Assembly (NCBI RefSeq): GCF_006345805.1
Contig: NC_043002.1
Location: forward strand, 111,600,001-111,664,000
DNA from: Octopus sinensis
Lineage: Eukaryota
Direction of reading: 5' to 3'
DNA length: 64,000 nt
Part shown: in pieces, positions 25,973-38,600 of the stretch
How the letters are laid out: every line of letters starts with the position of its first letter
Numbering within the stretch: position 1 is the first letter of the stretch
Notes under the pieces: model-generated
Told to the model about the DNA's origin: nothing
The model's database searches: none
Seen by the model: only the letters and a program-made list of their open reading frames with translations
Program-made: the position numbers and the translations under genes

Positions 25973-26200
25973 ACCTATTTCTTTATTACCCACAAGGGGC
26001 TAAACATAGAGGGGACAAACAAGGATAGACAAACGGATTAAGTCGATTATATCGACCCCAGTGCGTAGCTGGTACTTAATTTATCAACCCCGAAAGGATG
26101 AAAGGCAAAGTCGACCTCGGCGGAATTTGAACTCAGAACGTTGCGACAGACGAAATGCCGGAGAGCATTTCACCCGGCGTGCTAATGTTTCTGCCAGCTC
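25973..26200 (-). mobile_element. SINE family B (further copies at about 44700-44925 -, 45860-46262 -, 59560-59790 +, and decayed at 17040-17240 and 29900-30130)
   Basis: tcgactttgcctttcatcctttcggggtcgata central domain. Confidence 0.88.
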
Positions 26201-26487
26201 GCATTATTTTCTACCCGAATCTCTTAAATAAAGTTATGTTCTTTACGTTTCTTTGTTTACTTTTCATCCTATATATTATACGTGGTACAGTATTTTAAGA
26301 GTTTTAAGAATTTTAAGTATCTCAATAAAGATCAAACAAACCCTGCTTTAGAAATGTATTAATTTGTTTATGCTATACAATTTTGTTCTTTACTTTCTGC
26401 TGTTTATTTTATATTTTCGGTATATATTTAGCCTGTGTCCAGAAATCCGGACCATCTCCGGTCAAGGTTGCCGGATAAGAGGTTCGG

Positions 26488-26542
<55 letters not shown>

Positions 26543-26545
<3 letters not shown>

Positions 26546-26843
26546 TTATATATAAAAGAGAAGTTGTGTGTCTGTCTCCTACGATTTAGATTCCTAACTA
26601 CTCCCACATTTTGCGGTGCAGTTTAACCAAAACCGGGTATCTTATGAGTCGTGATTCATATCGAGCCCTTCTGGGTATTAGCGCGCGTCTACGATGAGTC
26701 TACGATTTAAAAAAAAAATTACCATAATTTTTTCCATTTTAATAATGCATTTTTTTCGCCATTATATAAGGAAGTAACTCTCTAAAAATGCTTATATAGT
26801 TATTTCCCTTACAAACCCGAGCAACGTCGGGCGATACTGCTAG
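26543..26843 (+). mobile_element. Non-autonomous Helitron (short form)
   Basis: Same family, within (TA)n. Confidence 0.85.
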
Positions 26844-27065
26844 TATATATATATATATATTATATATATATATATATAACACATATATATATAGAGATGA
26901 AAGAGTTGGTATGTGAAAGCACGTAGTTGGCTGTATAAACACAAAATAGAATGAAATGTTATAACATTTTCCTAACATGACGATTTTAATATAGCTTTTA
27001 ACCATATAATACAAGTCTTCTGTAGTTTTTCATTCTATTTTGCTATATATATATATATATATATA

Positions 27066-27351
27066 TGAATGAATGATGAGAAGATTGCATAATGTACCTT
27101 TTATTCCTTCGGAATAAAAATATGCTGTCTTCGAAACATATGTCGAGAGTAAAGAATTTTGTTACATCTTTGTTCGACTCCATTCTTTCATTCATTCATA
27201 TACAACACACAAATTTCTACACAAAAACCAGAGTTTCTACCCTTGACAGGTCGCTTCAAACCGTGTTTTTTCTGACGTGAATTTGCTACCCATACCAGGT
27301 TTCGGTTAAACGAATTTTCCATCTGACGATAAACATGGGATAATTCATTCA

Positions 27352-27355
<4 letters not shown>
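27066..27355 (+). mobile_element. (TA)n-flanked element with a 5'-damaged hammerhead motif (27073-27144)
   Basis: aUGAUGA GAAGA-...GCAUA..UUUUAUUCC-uuc-GGAAUAAAA..UAUGC..-UCUUC GAAA C-auau-G UC; 5' strand of helix I absent. Confidence 0.45.
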
Positions 27356-27394
<39 letters not shown>

Positions 27395-28030
27395 ATATAT
27401 ATATAATATATATATATATAATATATATATATATATACATATATATCTTATATTATATATAATATATATATATAATATATATACATATTGTATATATATA
27501 TATATATATCTGTGTGTGTTTCTCTGTATCTGTGTTTGTACTCCATCACCGTTTGATTACTAGTGTTGATGTGTTTACATCCCTGTAACTTAGCAGTTCG
27601 GCAAAGAGACCGATGGAATAAGCACTAGGATTTAGAAATAAGTCCCGGGGTCGATTTGTTTGACTGAAACTCTTCAAAGCGGTGCTGTAGCATGGCCGCA
27701 GTCAAACGACTGAAAGAGGTGAAAGGAAAAGGAATGTATATTTGTCTTTTACTTTTCAGTTACATTTATACCAATAATAATTGGAACACTTGGTTTTGTT
27801 AGTAAATGACTAACTGTCAGTCTTTTGGATTCTCAGAGAAAGAAATCAACTAACTGACTCGCACATGACAATTACAAAATGTAAGCGGAACAGTAAAACT
27901 GTGCAAGACTTTTTTCAGGTGTAAAACGTGACATTGTTCTCGTTATCTACATTCCAATGATGGAGCTTTGTATCTTTGTTAGAAACCAGTTCCTTTTTCA
28001 AAGGAAGAATTTAAATAATCAATAACATAT

Positions 28031-28196
28031 AGGCGCAGGAGTGGCTGTGTGGTAAGTAGCTTGTTTACCAACCACATGGTTCCGGGTTCAGTCCCACTGC
28101 GTGGCACCTTGGGCAAGTGTCTTCTATTATAGCCTCGGGTCGACCAAAGCCTTGTGAGTGGATTTGGTAGACGGAAACTGAAAGAAGCCCGTCGTA

Positions 28197-28240
<44 letters not shown>

Positions 28241-28348
28241 TGTGTGTTTGTGTGAGTGTTTGTCCCCTTAGTATTGCTTGACAACCGATGCTGGTGTGTT
28301 TATGTCCCCGTTACTTAGCGGTTCGGCAAAAGAGACCGATAGAATAAG
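28031..28348 (+). mobile_element. SINE family A, 3'-truncated
   Basis: Homology to the other copies. Confidence 0.88.
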
Positions 28349-29147
28349 CGACGGCAGAAATGGTTAGGTACGATAGCATAAAACTCACGGAGAGGTAAGC
28401 AACTTTGAAGACACCAAGTGTCAGTAGGACTCTGTAGATATGCAAGTACCAAATCCAATTTATTAATAATTGACTATTCTGTACACAACGATGGACTTTT
28501 TATTCATGTCTGTCTGTATGATGTTTGTATATATATGTGTGTATATATATGTGTGTATATATATGTGTGTATATATATGCATATCATACCTATCCCTCCA
28601 TCCCCTCCCTCTCTTTCTTCATCCCTCCCTTCATTAATCATCTCGACTATTATTCCTTTCTACTTTTTCTGCAGTTTTTCTGCCATTTTATTACCTCACA
28701 TAATCGCTACTTTCTGTTCCTTTTTCTCTTATATCCTTCCTTCCTTCCTTCCTTCCTTCCTTCACATTCTCTGCTATTGCTTGCTACCCGTTAATCTCTA
28801 CCTTAGTTTCTGTAGTATATATAATGAAAAGCAACGCATCTGACAGGAAGGTGTATTATATAATGACCTAAAGTGTGTTCTGCTGTCTAAACAGTTGGTT
28901 TTCCTGACACGCCTAAAGACTGTCTGTTCTGGAGGTAATGATAGACACAAGCCAGAGCCACTTTCTGATGCACCCCGCCCCAAATATAGTTACAATCGCA
29001 CTGTTATAAACAAGTACACACTCATTCAGAAGCGGATGGGTTTCTTGCTACCCTGCTGTATCTATTGACAGTTGGATGTAACTTAATGGTAAGCAATGAT
29101 ATGATCTGAACTGCCACCTATTCGGCTCATTGCCTGCTTCTGTATCG

Positions 29148-29780
29148 ATTCAGCTGGCAGAATCGTTAGCACGTCGGGCGAAATGCTTAGCGGTATTTCG
29201 GCTGCCGTTACGTTGTGAGTTCAAATTCCGCCGAGGTCGACTTTGCCTTCATCCTTTCGGGTCGATAACTTAAGTACCAGTTAAGCACTGGGTCGATATA
29301 ATCGACTTAATACCATGTCTGTCCATGTTTGCCCCCTCTATGTTTTAGCCCTTGTTGGGTAATAAAGAAATAGGTATTTCGGCTGTCCGTTACGTTGTGA
29401 GGTTCAAATTCCGCCGAGTCGACTTTGCCTTTCATCCTTTCGGGTCGATAACGTAAGTCCCAGTTAAGCACTGGGTCGATATAATCGACTTAATACCTAT
29501 GTCTGTCCATGTTTGCCCCCTCTATGTTTAGCCCCTTGTGGTAATAAAGAAATAGGTATTTCGGCTGCCGTTACGTTGTGAGTTCAAATTCCGCCGAGGT
29601 TTCGGCTGCCGTTACGTTGTGAGTTCAAATTCCGCCGAGGTCGACTTTGCCTTTCATCCTTTCGGGGTCGATAAATTAAGTACCAGTTAAGCACTGGGGT
29701 CGATATAATCGACTTAATACCTATGTCTGTCCATGTTTGTCCCCTCTATGTTTAGCCCCTTGTGGGTAATAAAGAAATAC
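29148..29780 (+). mobile_element. SINE family B with its body in three-plus tandem copies
   Basis: Units begin ggtatttcggctg at about 29192, 29373 and 29555, plus a short partial duplication. Confidence 0.88.
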
Positions 29781-30197
29781 GTATATGTATTGATGAACTT
29801 TTATAGAGAGTGTGTCAGAGAATATCGATCACTCTAGTTGGATTTAAGCAGTGACAGCATTGTAAAAGTTTACCTGGGTGGGGTTTGAACTCAGGAGGTA
29901 AAGGGCTAGAGCAAATACTGCAAAGCATTTTGTCCGATGCTCTAACGATTCTGCCAACTCACCGCCTTAATGTTTCCAATTTAGGTACAAGTTCAGTAAT
30001 TTTGAGGGGCAGGGATTTAGTCGATATCATCGGACTCAGTACTTGACTAGTATTCTATTTTGTCGATCCCCCCAGAAGGACGAAAGGCAAAATTGACGTC
30101 AGCGGGAATTGACCCGGAACAAATACTAAACAGTTTTCTCAGGCACTCTGACAACTTTCATTTCACCGTTTTCACTGGTGACATTATAATGATGATA

Positions 30198-30522
30198 GTG
30201 AGTGCGCGTGGCTTAGTGGTTAGGGCATTCGGCTCATGATCGTAAGGCAGTGAGTTCGATTCCCGGCGACGCGTTGTGTCCTTGAGCAAGACACTTTATT
30301 TCACGTTGCTCCAGTCCACTCAGCTGGCAAAAATGAGTTGTACCTGTATTTCAAAAGGCCAGCCTTGTCACTCTCTGTGTCACGCTGAATATCCCCGAGA
30401 ACTACGTTAAGGGTACGCGTGTCTGTGGAATGCTCAGCCATTTGCACGTTAATTTCACGAGCAAGCTGTTCAGTTGATCGTATCAGCTGGGACTCTCGTC
30501 GTCGTAACCGACGGAGTGCTCC
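30198..30522 (+). mobile_element. Chimeric SINE: different tRNA head and central domain, family C 3' body
   Basis: TSD tataatgatgata; gtgtccttgagcaagacac... central domain. Confidence 0.85.
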
Positions 30523-31210
30523 TATAATGATGATAACGATGGTCGTGTAACTAATACTGGTGGTTTCCGCATTAAAAAGCCCACTGAAAACTTGTCCTTA
30601 GTTGAAAGACACTTGTTGTTTATGCCTTGTTGTTTGTATTTGTAATTGTGTACCATTTCTCCGTTTTTCCGTCCTTGTTTTCGTATACATTCGCTTGCTT
30701 TCTTCTAAAGAATCTAGTGCTCTTAGCTTAGATTTTCTATGAGCCGGCCAGACGAAACTGCAAAGACGATATGGTACTCGACTGAAGATTGAAAGATCCG
30801 AATGACCCGTCCTTGTTTTTTCCTGTCCTTTGTTTTGTTGTCGCCTGTTACGTTCTTGTTCCATTCTTTGGTTTGTTTATATATATATATATATATATAT
30901 ATTGTATGCATATACATATAATTTCTGACAATAATTTTGTGACTCATTCAAAGAGTTTATTCAATAAAATGTATGTTGAACTTGGTATAATTAAAAGTCC
31001 ATTGACATAGTTTATAGAAACGAATAAATTCCCAACTCCCCTTTTATTTGGATTGTAGTTATTCACTTTATTGTATTGAGCATACATGCAAATATCATGT
31101 GCGTGATGTTTTCAATGGTTTTTCTTATATGTTAAATTTCCTCTCTATATTTTGAATAGGGAGGGTCTCTTTTGTCGAATCGTTTGCAGGTGATACTTTT
31201 GAATGTTTCA

Positions 31211-31599
31211 TCTATATATAAAACTGAAGTTGTCTGTGTATGGCAGGTTTGGTAGCCTTCAACTAACTCTACCTCCTCCGAGACCCTGCGGTGCAAGTTG
31301 ACCAAAATTGAGAATATGATAGAAAAAGGCTTGCTGTTCCTTCCGTAGAAGAAAAACTTCAAATCGGACCATGTTAACACCAAAAATTATTTACATCAAA
31401 AAGGTGCTTTTTTTCTATGAAAATTCCTATTTTTTTACGATTTCTTTACTGCTGTGTCGCCATTTTTCGGTGTATTTCAACCAGAAAAATGTTCACTTAA
31501 AGAGAATAACAAGCTACATAAGGCAAAAGTTTTACTTTTCAAAAATTCCAATTCTAAAGGGTCAAAACAAACCCGCGCAACGCCGGGCGATACTGCTAG
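31211..31599 (+). mobile_element. Non-autonomous Helitron with a second variant 5' module
   Basis: a|TC start; cccgcgcaacgccggg...CTAG|T end. Confidence 0.75.
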
Positions 31600-31739
31600 T
31601 TTTAAATATCTACAGAAAAGTTTGAGCGTCCTTAGTGGAGTTCTTTCTTGCAAACATCTGGTCCGAACTCCCGGTTTCTATCTCAATGATATTTTCTCTG
31701 TAGATGTGCAGGGTAATCATCGGCTGCATCAGTCTAACC

Positions 31740-32411
31740 CAGTGTTTCTCAACCATTTTTTTAATAAATGGACCCCTTTGATCCCTATTTTATTCTGGTG
31801 GACCCCCATAGCCACTCGATGTTTAAAAGCTAGTTTTATAGATACTTCTCTCAAATTTCCTATTTTGCTTTTCACACATTAAATTGTGTAGGTTGAACTA
31901 TGTAAAACGTCACCTAGCTGGTTTTTTTGCAATAAATAAATCCATGAAATACTACTGTGAACCCAATTTATTCTTTTGCTTGTGCGGATCCTCAAAAATC
32001 TTATATGGATATAGGAGCACTCCGTCGGTTGCGACGATGAGGGTCCCAGCTGATCCGATCAACGGAACAGCCTGCTCGTGAAATTAACGTGTAAGTGGCT
32101 GAGCACTCCACAGACACGTGTACCCTTAACGTAGTTCTCGAGGAGATTCAGCGTGACACAGAGAATGTGACAAGGCTGGCCCTTTGAAATACAGGTACAA
32201 GAGAAACAGGAAAAAATAGTGAGAGATAGTTGTGGTGAAAGAGTACAGCAGGGATCACCACCATCCCCTGCTGAAGCATCGTGGAGATTTTAGGTGTTTT
32301 CGCTCAATAAACACTCACAATGCGGGGTCTGGGAATCGAAACCGCGATCCTCCGACCGCGAGTCCGCTGCCCTAACCACTGGGCCATATGGATCCCGGTT
32401 GAGAACCACTG
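31740..32411. mobile_element. hAT-like non-autonomous element with a nested SINE; related fragment at about 60205-60560
   Basis: TIRs cagtgtttctcaacc / ggttgagaaccactg; 8-bp TSD not conserved. Confidence 0.7.
32013..32388 (-). mobile_element. SINE family C
   Basis: Nested in the hAT element. Confidence 0.88.
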
Positions 32412-33856
32412 ATCCGTTTACGAGGCTCTAAGAAGATCACGAGCGCCTCAAACTAACTTAAACTAACTAAAAAGAAGAAAACCATATTGGGTATCAAGTA
32501 CAATATTGGGGATTCGGTTTCGTCTTCATGTAGTTTATCAGAACAAGTTAGGATGGAGATAATCGCTGAAGGATTTGAACAAAGTCCTTGAAGTGTGGGA
32601 AATTCTTTTAATACAATCTATTTACAACGAGGCAGCCAGACAAGAAAACTCAACGTGGTCACTTTGGCTCGACAGAAATACCAGCCAAAATCTCCGTCAA
32701 ACCTATTCTTTTGTTTAAAACACTAATCAATGTGTTGTATTGGTGTATTTCTAAATCCCCAATGCCTGAAAAAGGATGTGCTGGTCATGGGTGGCTTAGT
32801 TTTGATCATTGGCTTCCTCGGTCAAGGCTGATTTGGTTCTAAATAACAACAATAATAATTTACGATGACTATATATTCATGGTGCCTATATACCGACAGA
32901 TGGCCAGAGTTGCAAACACAGCACGAGTAACTGGATAACAAACGACAACTTTTCAGACAGCAATCTATGAAACCACCCGGCTGACTCAGTCCACGAACTT
33001 TAACCGGCGTGTTAAAGGCTTCGTTTTAGATTTAATGTAGAAAAATAAATGATTATGTAATTAAATAAATAAATAAAAATGTACATAAGACGAAACAAGA
33101 AGCAATGTTCAAAAATAACGTTATGCACCAGTTTTAGGCCACACTTAACGTTTCATTTGTATTCAATAAAATGCCTGCGATGTGAAGCTAAATTAATGCA
33201 AATATTTTATCTGTTACAATTCGCTTTTAAAGTTATGCATGACAACAAACATGTCTGAAGCTTTATGCAGACAAATTCTTTAGATGGAATTCATAAATAA
33301 TTCTGTCAAAATAAATTATAGTCTCTCACTTTCCTAAACAACCACCTACACACTTTTTTTTTATGTATAGAGTGAAACTCATAACCTAGTTATACGTGAC
33401 GCGTTTGAAAAAGTCCATCCAGCACCTAGTTATACCTACAGGAAGAGTTGCTTGTCAATTCAACACTACAGTCTCACGAAATGCTATTTTTATAGATGGC
33501 CCTTTATTTCTGGTAGAAATCTACGGATGCACAAACGCACAAAACGGAGAAAATAAACCAAATATGGACGACTTGTTCCGAAATACCCCCGAGTAGGGAA
33601 CGGTTCTCAAAAATAACCCCCCATTGTTTTCCTCAAAATTTCCTGTCTCTGGAATCTACATAGTCCGAGGTATATTTGTAGAGAATTTCATTAAAAAATA
33701 TCCATTTTCTTGAAAGTTAAGACGAATTGAAGTGGACTCTGGTGAATTTTCCGAAATTCCCTACCCACCCCTCCTAAAACACTTTCCCACCAAAAAATTT
33801 GTTAATCCGGAATCTACATGATATAACACATATTCGTACAATATTTCATTAAAATA

Positions 33857-34151
33857 CTAGCAGTATCGCCCGGCGTTGCTCGGGTTTGTAAGGGAAATAA
33901 CTATATAAGCATTTTTAGAGAGTTATAGCCAAAAAATAGCAAAAAAAATGCATTAAAATGGAAAAAATGATGGTAAATTATTTTAAAAATCGTAGACTCA
34001 TCGTAGACGCGCGCTAATACCCAGAAGTGCTCGATATGAATCACGACTATAAGATACCCGGTTTTGGTTAAACTGCACCGCAAAATGTGGGAGTAGTTAG
34101 GAATCTAAATCGTAGGAGACAGACACACAACTTCACTTTTATATATAAAGA
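33857..34151 (-). mobile_element. Non-autonomous Helitron
   Basis: Reverse complement of the same family. Confidence 0.85.
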
Positions 34152-34369
34152 TATCCATTTTCTGAAAGTTATGATCATCCAAAATCGTAGGAGGGGGACA
34201 GAAATCTGTAGTTATGTCAAGAGACTCTTTAAGCTAATTTGTTCCACCACACATAAAAAAAAATTAGAACTGGAATAAAGAAAACAAAACTGAAGAGGAA
34301 ACTAACAAAACCTCTTCTGGAATGGTTCAACATTCAGAACTTACGAATTCATAGCAATGGGGGGGGGGG

Positions 34370-34600
34370 GAAGCACTCCGTCGGTTACGACGATGAGGGT
34401 TCCGGTTGATCCGATCAACGGAACAGCCTGCTCGTGAAATTAACGTGTAAGTGGCTGAGCACTCCACAGACACGTGTACCCTTAACGTAGTTCTCGGGGA
34501 TATTCAGCGTGACACAGAGAGTGACAAGGTCTGGGAATCGAAACCGCGATCCCATGACCGCGAGTCCGCTGCCCTAACCACTGGGCCATTGCGCCTCCAC
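34370..34600 (-). mobile_element. SINE family C, internally deleted
   Basis: Tail joined to the head at gacaag|gtctgggaatcg. Confidence 0.85.
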
Positions 34601-34629
34601 TCATAGCAATGGAGATGTAGGGGAAATAG

Positions 34630-34985
34630 GAAGTATGAAAGACTACGTTCCTTCTAGATGTTTCGCTGAATTGAAAAAATATTATTGAAGATGGTGGTTA
34701 TACTAATGGACAAATTATGAATATTGATGAAATGAGATTGTTTCCGAAAGAGATGCTTAATAAGACTTATCTGGCGAAGGAAGAAGCATTGTAACCGATG
34801 TACAAAGTGGTTAATGATAGTTTAACAATTATATTAGATGAAAATGCTTCTAGTGTTTTGAAATCAAAATCTATATTAATCTATCGCTCAGAAGACTTAT
34901 CAGTTCAGTGAAAATCCGTTGAAAAAAGTTTTGGTTACAAAATACTTATCTGAAGGTGGGTTCAAGAATGTTTAAGTACCATAAG
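34630..34985 (+). mobile_element. Tigger-like DDE_1 fragment
   Basis: IIEDGGY..GQIMNIDE..LF....NKTYLAKEE. Confidence 0.65.
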
Positions 34986-35092
34986 AAAGGATTATATATA
35001 TATATATAAACATGTATATGTATGTATATATATACATACATACATACATACATACATACATACATACATACTTACATACATACATACATACA

Positions 35093-36368
35093 CAGGGTGC
35101 GATGGATAAATTGTCGCTATTTTATATTTTTAATTTCGCGCATACGTATTGTTTGTTTTCGATTTTGTTGACTACACAGTAGAGTAGGGTCAGTTGGGCA
35201 CCGTCTGTGAGAAAAACAGCACCATGACGCAATTCACTCTGCCAGTATATGATGTACTGCTTGGCATTCGTGCCAGGAGTTCCAATACGAACATTTCAGA
35301 GTGTTTGGGTATCAATTTGAGGACAGAGCAGAAGATTCGGAATTGGATGAGTCTAATGGTAATTACGGAGGTACGGCAGCTCGGAAAACTCACTCTGATC
35401 GTTCTGATAAGAAAAGAACTCCTGAATTTGTTGGTGAGATCCAGGCTATGATTGACAACGACCCCCCCCCCCCCAAGTCAATCAGGTCCATCGTCAGGGG
35501 CATGGGGGAGTGTCTGTGTTTCTTATCAAGCAGGTAGTGCATGAAGACATTTGGTATTCCTCATACAAGATGAAAAAGGGGCCAATTTTTATCCCAAGTC
35601 ATCAAGGACAAGAGGAAAGACCGCGCTACGAAGCTTTTGAACAAACTTAAGCATCTCCTCCAACTGAACATGCTTTGGTTTTTCTCAGACGAGAAAAATT
35701 TCTGCCAGGATCAGATGATGAACATATAGAACAACCACTGGCATATATTATCCCAAAACATGTACCGAGAGTGATAAAAATTAAACATCCAATCAACATC
35801 ATGGTGTTTGGAGCGATCACTAATGATGACAACGTTAGTCACCTTCCCACGTGGCTTCAGACTCAACATGGAGGCCTGCATCAAGTGCCTGGAGGAGGTT
35901 GTGCTGCCTTGTGTCAAGAGGATGGTTGTTGGAAGACCCTATGTCTGGTAACAGGACTCTGCACCATACCATACAAGCAGGAGAACCCAGTCGTGGCTGT
36001 CAGACAATTTCTACGACCACATCACCCTTAACATCTAGCCACCTAACTCCCCAGACCGAAACTCCCTTGATTATTATGTGTGGAGTGCAGTTGAGTGAGA
36101 GACTAGCAAAACTGCTTGTAACACCAAAGATGAACTGAAGGCAAGAATCATGGCAGCATCCACGAACTTAAACAAGGAGACCGTCCAGAAGAGTTGCAAG
36201 AGATTCTGAAGTCAGCTGGAGGCCGATTTTATTGAATAAATTTACTCTTTAGTATTTCAAGATATTTCTTTTTGTAATTTTGGTAAAAATATATATTAAA
36301 ACGTGATGTCAGTGTTAATTTCATCTTTGCGTAATTTAGACGACAATTCATTCATGCCCCCCACCCCG
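35093..36368 (+). mobile_element. maT-family (DD37D) Tc1/mariner transposon, degenerate
   Basis: WFFSDEKNF, QQDSAPYH, and 37 residues to PD.NSLDY; imperfect TIRs. Confidence 0.85.
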
Positions 36369-36755
36369 AGTTAAATTGGTGCAAACAGGAAAAATAGAAC
36401 TCAAAAAATATGAGTGTATATTTTTATAAATATTTAGCAGAAGCAACAGAGTGACTCAAGGTCGAGTCACGCTGTTTCTTTTGCTGGGGCTTTTACATGC
36501 TGAAATCTACTTGGTGTAATTGTAATTATCCCTAATTAATTAGTTTCACTTTTATTATTACTGATAACCATATTTTATCCCAGTAAATGACCACAGCATT
36601 TTATCTTGGCTACACGCGGGTGGAAGGGGCTGGTGACACAAACTTTCATTCAAACTTTGAATTTCGTGGTACTGGTCATGCTTTAGCTCGCTCTGAGTTG
36701 AGATGATGCATTCTAGTATCTCAAAATTTAATATACAATTATTCATAATTGTAGT

Positions 36756-36846
36756 CCTGCGCCGATGAGAGAAAAGTATGGGTAAAGTAGAATTTTCTAA
36801 TTCTTACGCTATCCTAAAACTTGATCTCGAAACGTACGTCCGTAGG
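36756..36846 (+). ncRNA. Type I hammerhead motif with extended helix II, copy 1 (C4 core variant)
   Basis: CCUGCG CCGAUGA GAGA...(about 52 nt)...UCUC GAAA C-guac-G UC^ CGUAGG; helix III ACGUACGU is a perfect palindrome. Confidence 0.6.
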
Positions 36847-37331
36847 TAACGTAAAATTGCATGATGGATTGCCGTCATTTCATTCTTTTCTTCCTTACCT
36901 GTCTGTGTTTGCCTTTCAAGTGCTGTGTTTACTGAGATCCCCCTTTTAGTAGAAGGAATAGCTATATCTCTTTGACTGCTATTTCTAAATTCGGTGTGTT
37001 GGTGAGGCAATTCGTGCTAAACCCTTAATTACTTAGATTACTTAAATTTTCCTCGAATGGGGCTTTTACATGCTGAAATCTACTTGGTGTAATTGATAAT
37101 TATCCCTAATTAATTAGTTTCACCTTTTATTATTACTGATAACCAATTTTATCCCAGTAAATGACCACAGCATTTTATCTTGGCTACACGCGGGTGGAAG
37201 GGGCTGGTGACACAAACTTTCATTCAAACTTTGAATTTCGTGGTACTGGTCATGCTTTAGCTCGCTCTGAGTTGAGATGATGCATTCTAGTATCTCAAAA
37301 TTAAATATACAATTATTCATAATTGTAGTAT

Positions 37332-37424
37332 CCTGCGCCGATGAGAAGAAGAAGTATGGGTAAAGTAGAATTTTCTAATTCTTACGCTATCCTAAAACTT
37401 GATCTCGAAACGTACGTCCGTAGG
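37332..37424 (+). ncRNA. Type I hammerhead motif with extended helix II, copy 2
   Basis: Same motif in the second tandem unit; small indels in the 5' strand of helix II. Confidence 0.5.
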
Positions 37425-37620
37425 TAACGTAAAATTGCATGATGGATTGCCGTCATTTCATTCTTTCTTCCTTACCTGTCTGTGTTTGCCTTTCAAGTGC
37501 TGTGTTTTTATTGAGATCCCCCTTTTAGTAGAAGAATAGCTATATCTCTTTGACTGCTATTTCTAAATTCGGTGTGTTGGTGAGGCTTCGTTGCTAAACC
37601 CTTAATTACTTAGTATTACT

Positions 37621-37652
<32 letters not shown>

Positions 37653-37675
37653 ATTATATATATATATATATATAT

Positions 37676-38087
37676 TACTCTTTTTTACTCTTTTACTTGT
37701 TTCAGTCATTTGACTGCGGCCATGCTGGAGCACCGCCTTTAGTCGAGCACATCGACCCCAGGACTTATTCTTTGTAAGCCCAGTACTTATTCTATCAGTC
37801 TCTTTTGCCGAACCGCTAAGTGACGGGGACGTAAACACACCAGCATTGGTTGTCAAGCAATGCTAGGGGGACAAACACAGACACACAAACACACACACAC
37901 ACACATATATATATATGTATACGACAGGCTTCTTTCAGTTTCCGTCTACCAAATCCACTCACAAGGCATTGGTCGGCCCGGGGCTATAGCAGAAGACACT
38001 TGCCCAAGATGCCACGCAGTGGGACTGAACCCGGAACCATGTGGTTGGTAAACAAGCTACTTACTACACAGCCAACTCCTGCGCCTA
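37676..38087 (-). mobile_element. SINE family A
   Basis: Full length, reverse strand. Confidence 0.9.
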
Positions 38088-38191
38088 TATACATACATAT
38101 ATACATACATACCACACATCCTCACACATACATACATACACACACGCACATACACATAGATAGACATACATACACGCACACACACACACAC

Positions 38192-38241
<50 letters not shown>

Positions 38242-38301
38242 AGTCAGAATGTACAACAATGATGCATCAAAAGCTGAAGGAGGTCACGTGACGCAGCAAA
38301 T

Positions 38302-38401
38302 NNNNNNNNNNNNNNNNNNNNNNNNNNNNNNNNNNNNNNNNNNNNNNNNNNNNNNNNNNNNNNNNNNNNNNNNNNNNNNNNNNNNNNNNNNNNNNNNNNN
38401 N
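38302..38401. other. Assembly gap (100 N)
   Basis: Exactly 100 Ns, a placeholder length. Confidence 0.99.
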
Positions 38402-38404
38402 CAC

Positions 38405-38447
<43 letters not shown>

Positions 38448-38560
38448 ACATCACATCACATGACCGACAGACCATCAGATGTTGTTACACATCGCTGGTC
38501 ACAATGCGCTTTCACATTGTTTGCCTTCGAATGACGCCACAACCCTGGCTAAGCGAGCAG

Positions 38561-38594
<34 letters not shown>

Positions 38595-38600
<6 letters not shown>

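Larger units (their letters stand above)
25100..26490 (+). mobile_element. Tigger/pogo (CENP-B-like) transposon remnant interrupted by SINEs
   Basis: LSEEYDVGMSTAY|GIKKQK..LKFHSDSDEPKLMDKRKTLHQSKSADVD reads across the SINE and its TSD. Confidence 0.7.
36485..37621 (+). mobile_element. Head-to-tail dimer of a ~575-bp hammerhead-containing unit
   Basis: Units start at 36485 and 37058 (tggggcttttacatgctg); copies differ mostly by 1-3 nt indels; ends in (TA)n. Confidence 0.65.

Noticed and set aside
27280-27345. Minus-strand CC GAAA CCUGG UA UGGG with an upstream CCCA
   Set aside because: No catalytic core between the putative helix I and helix II
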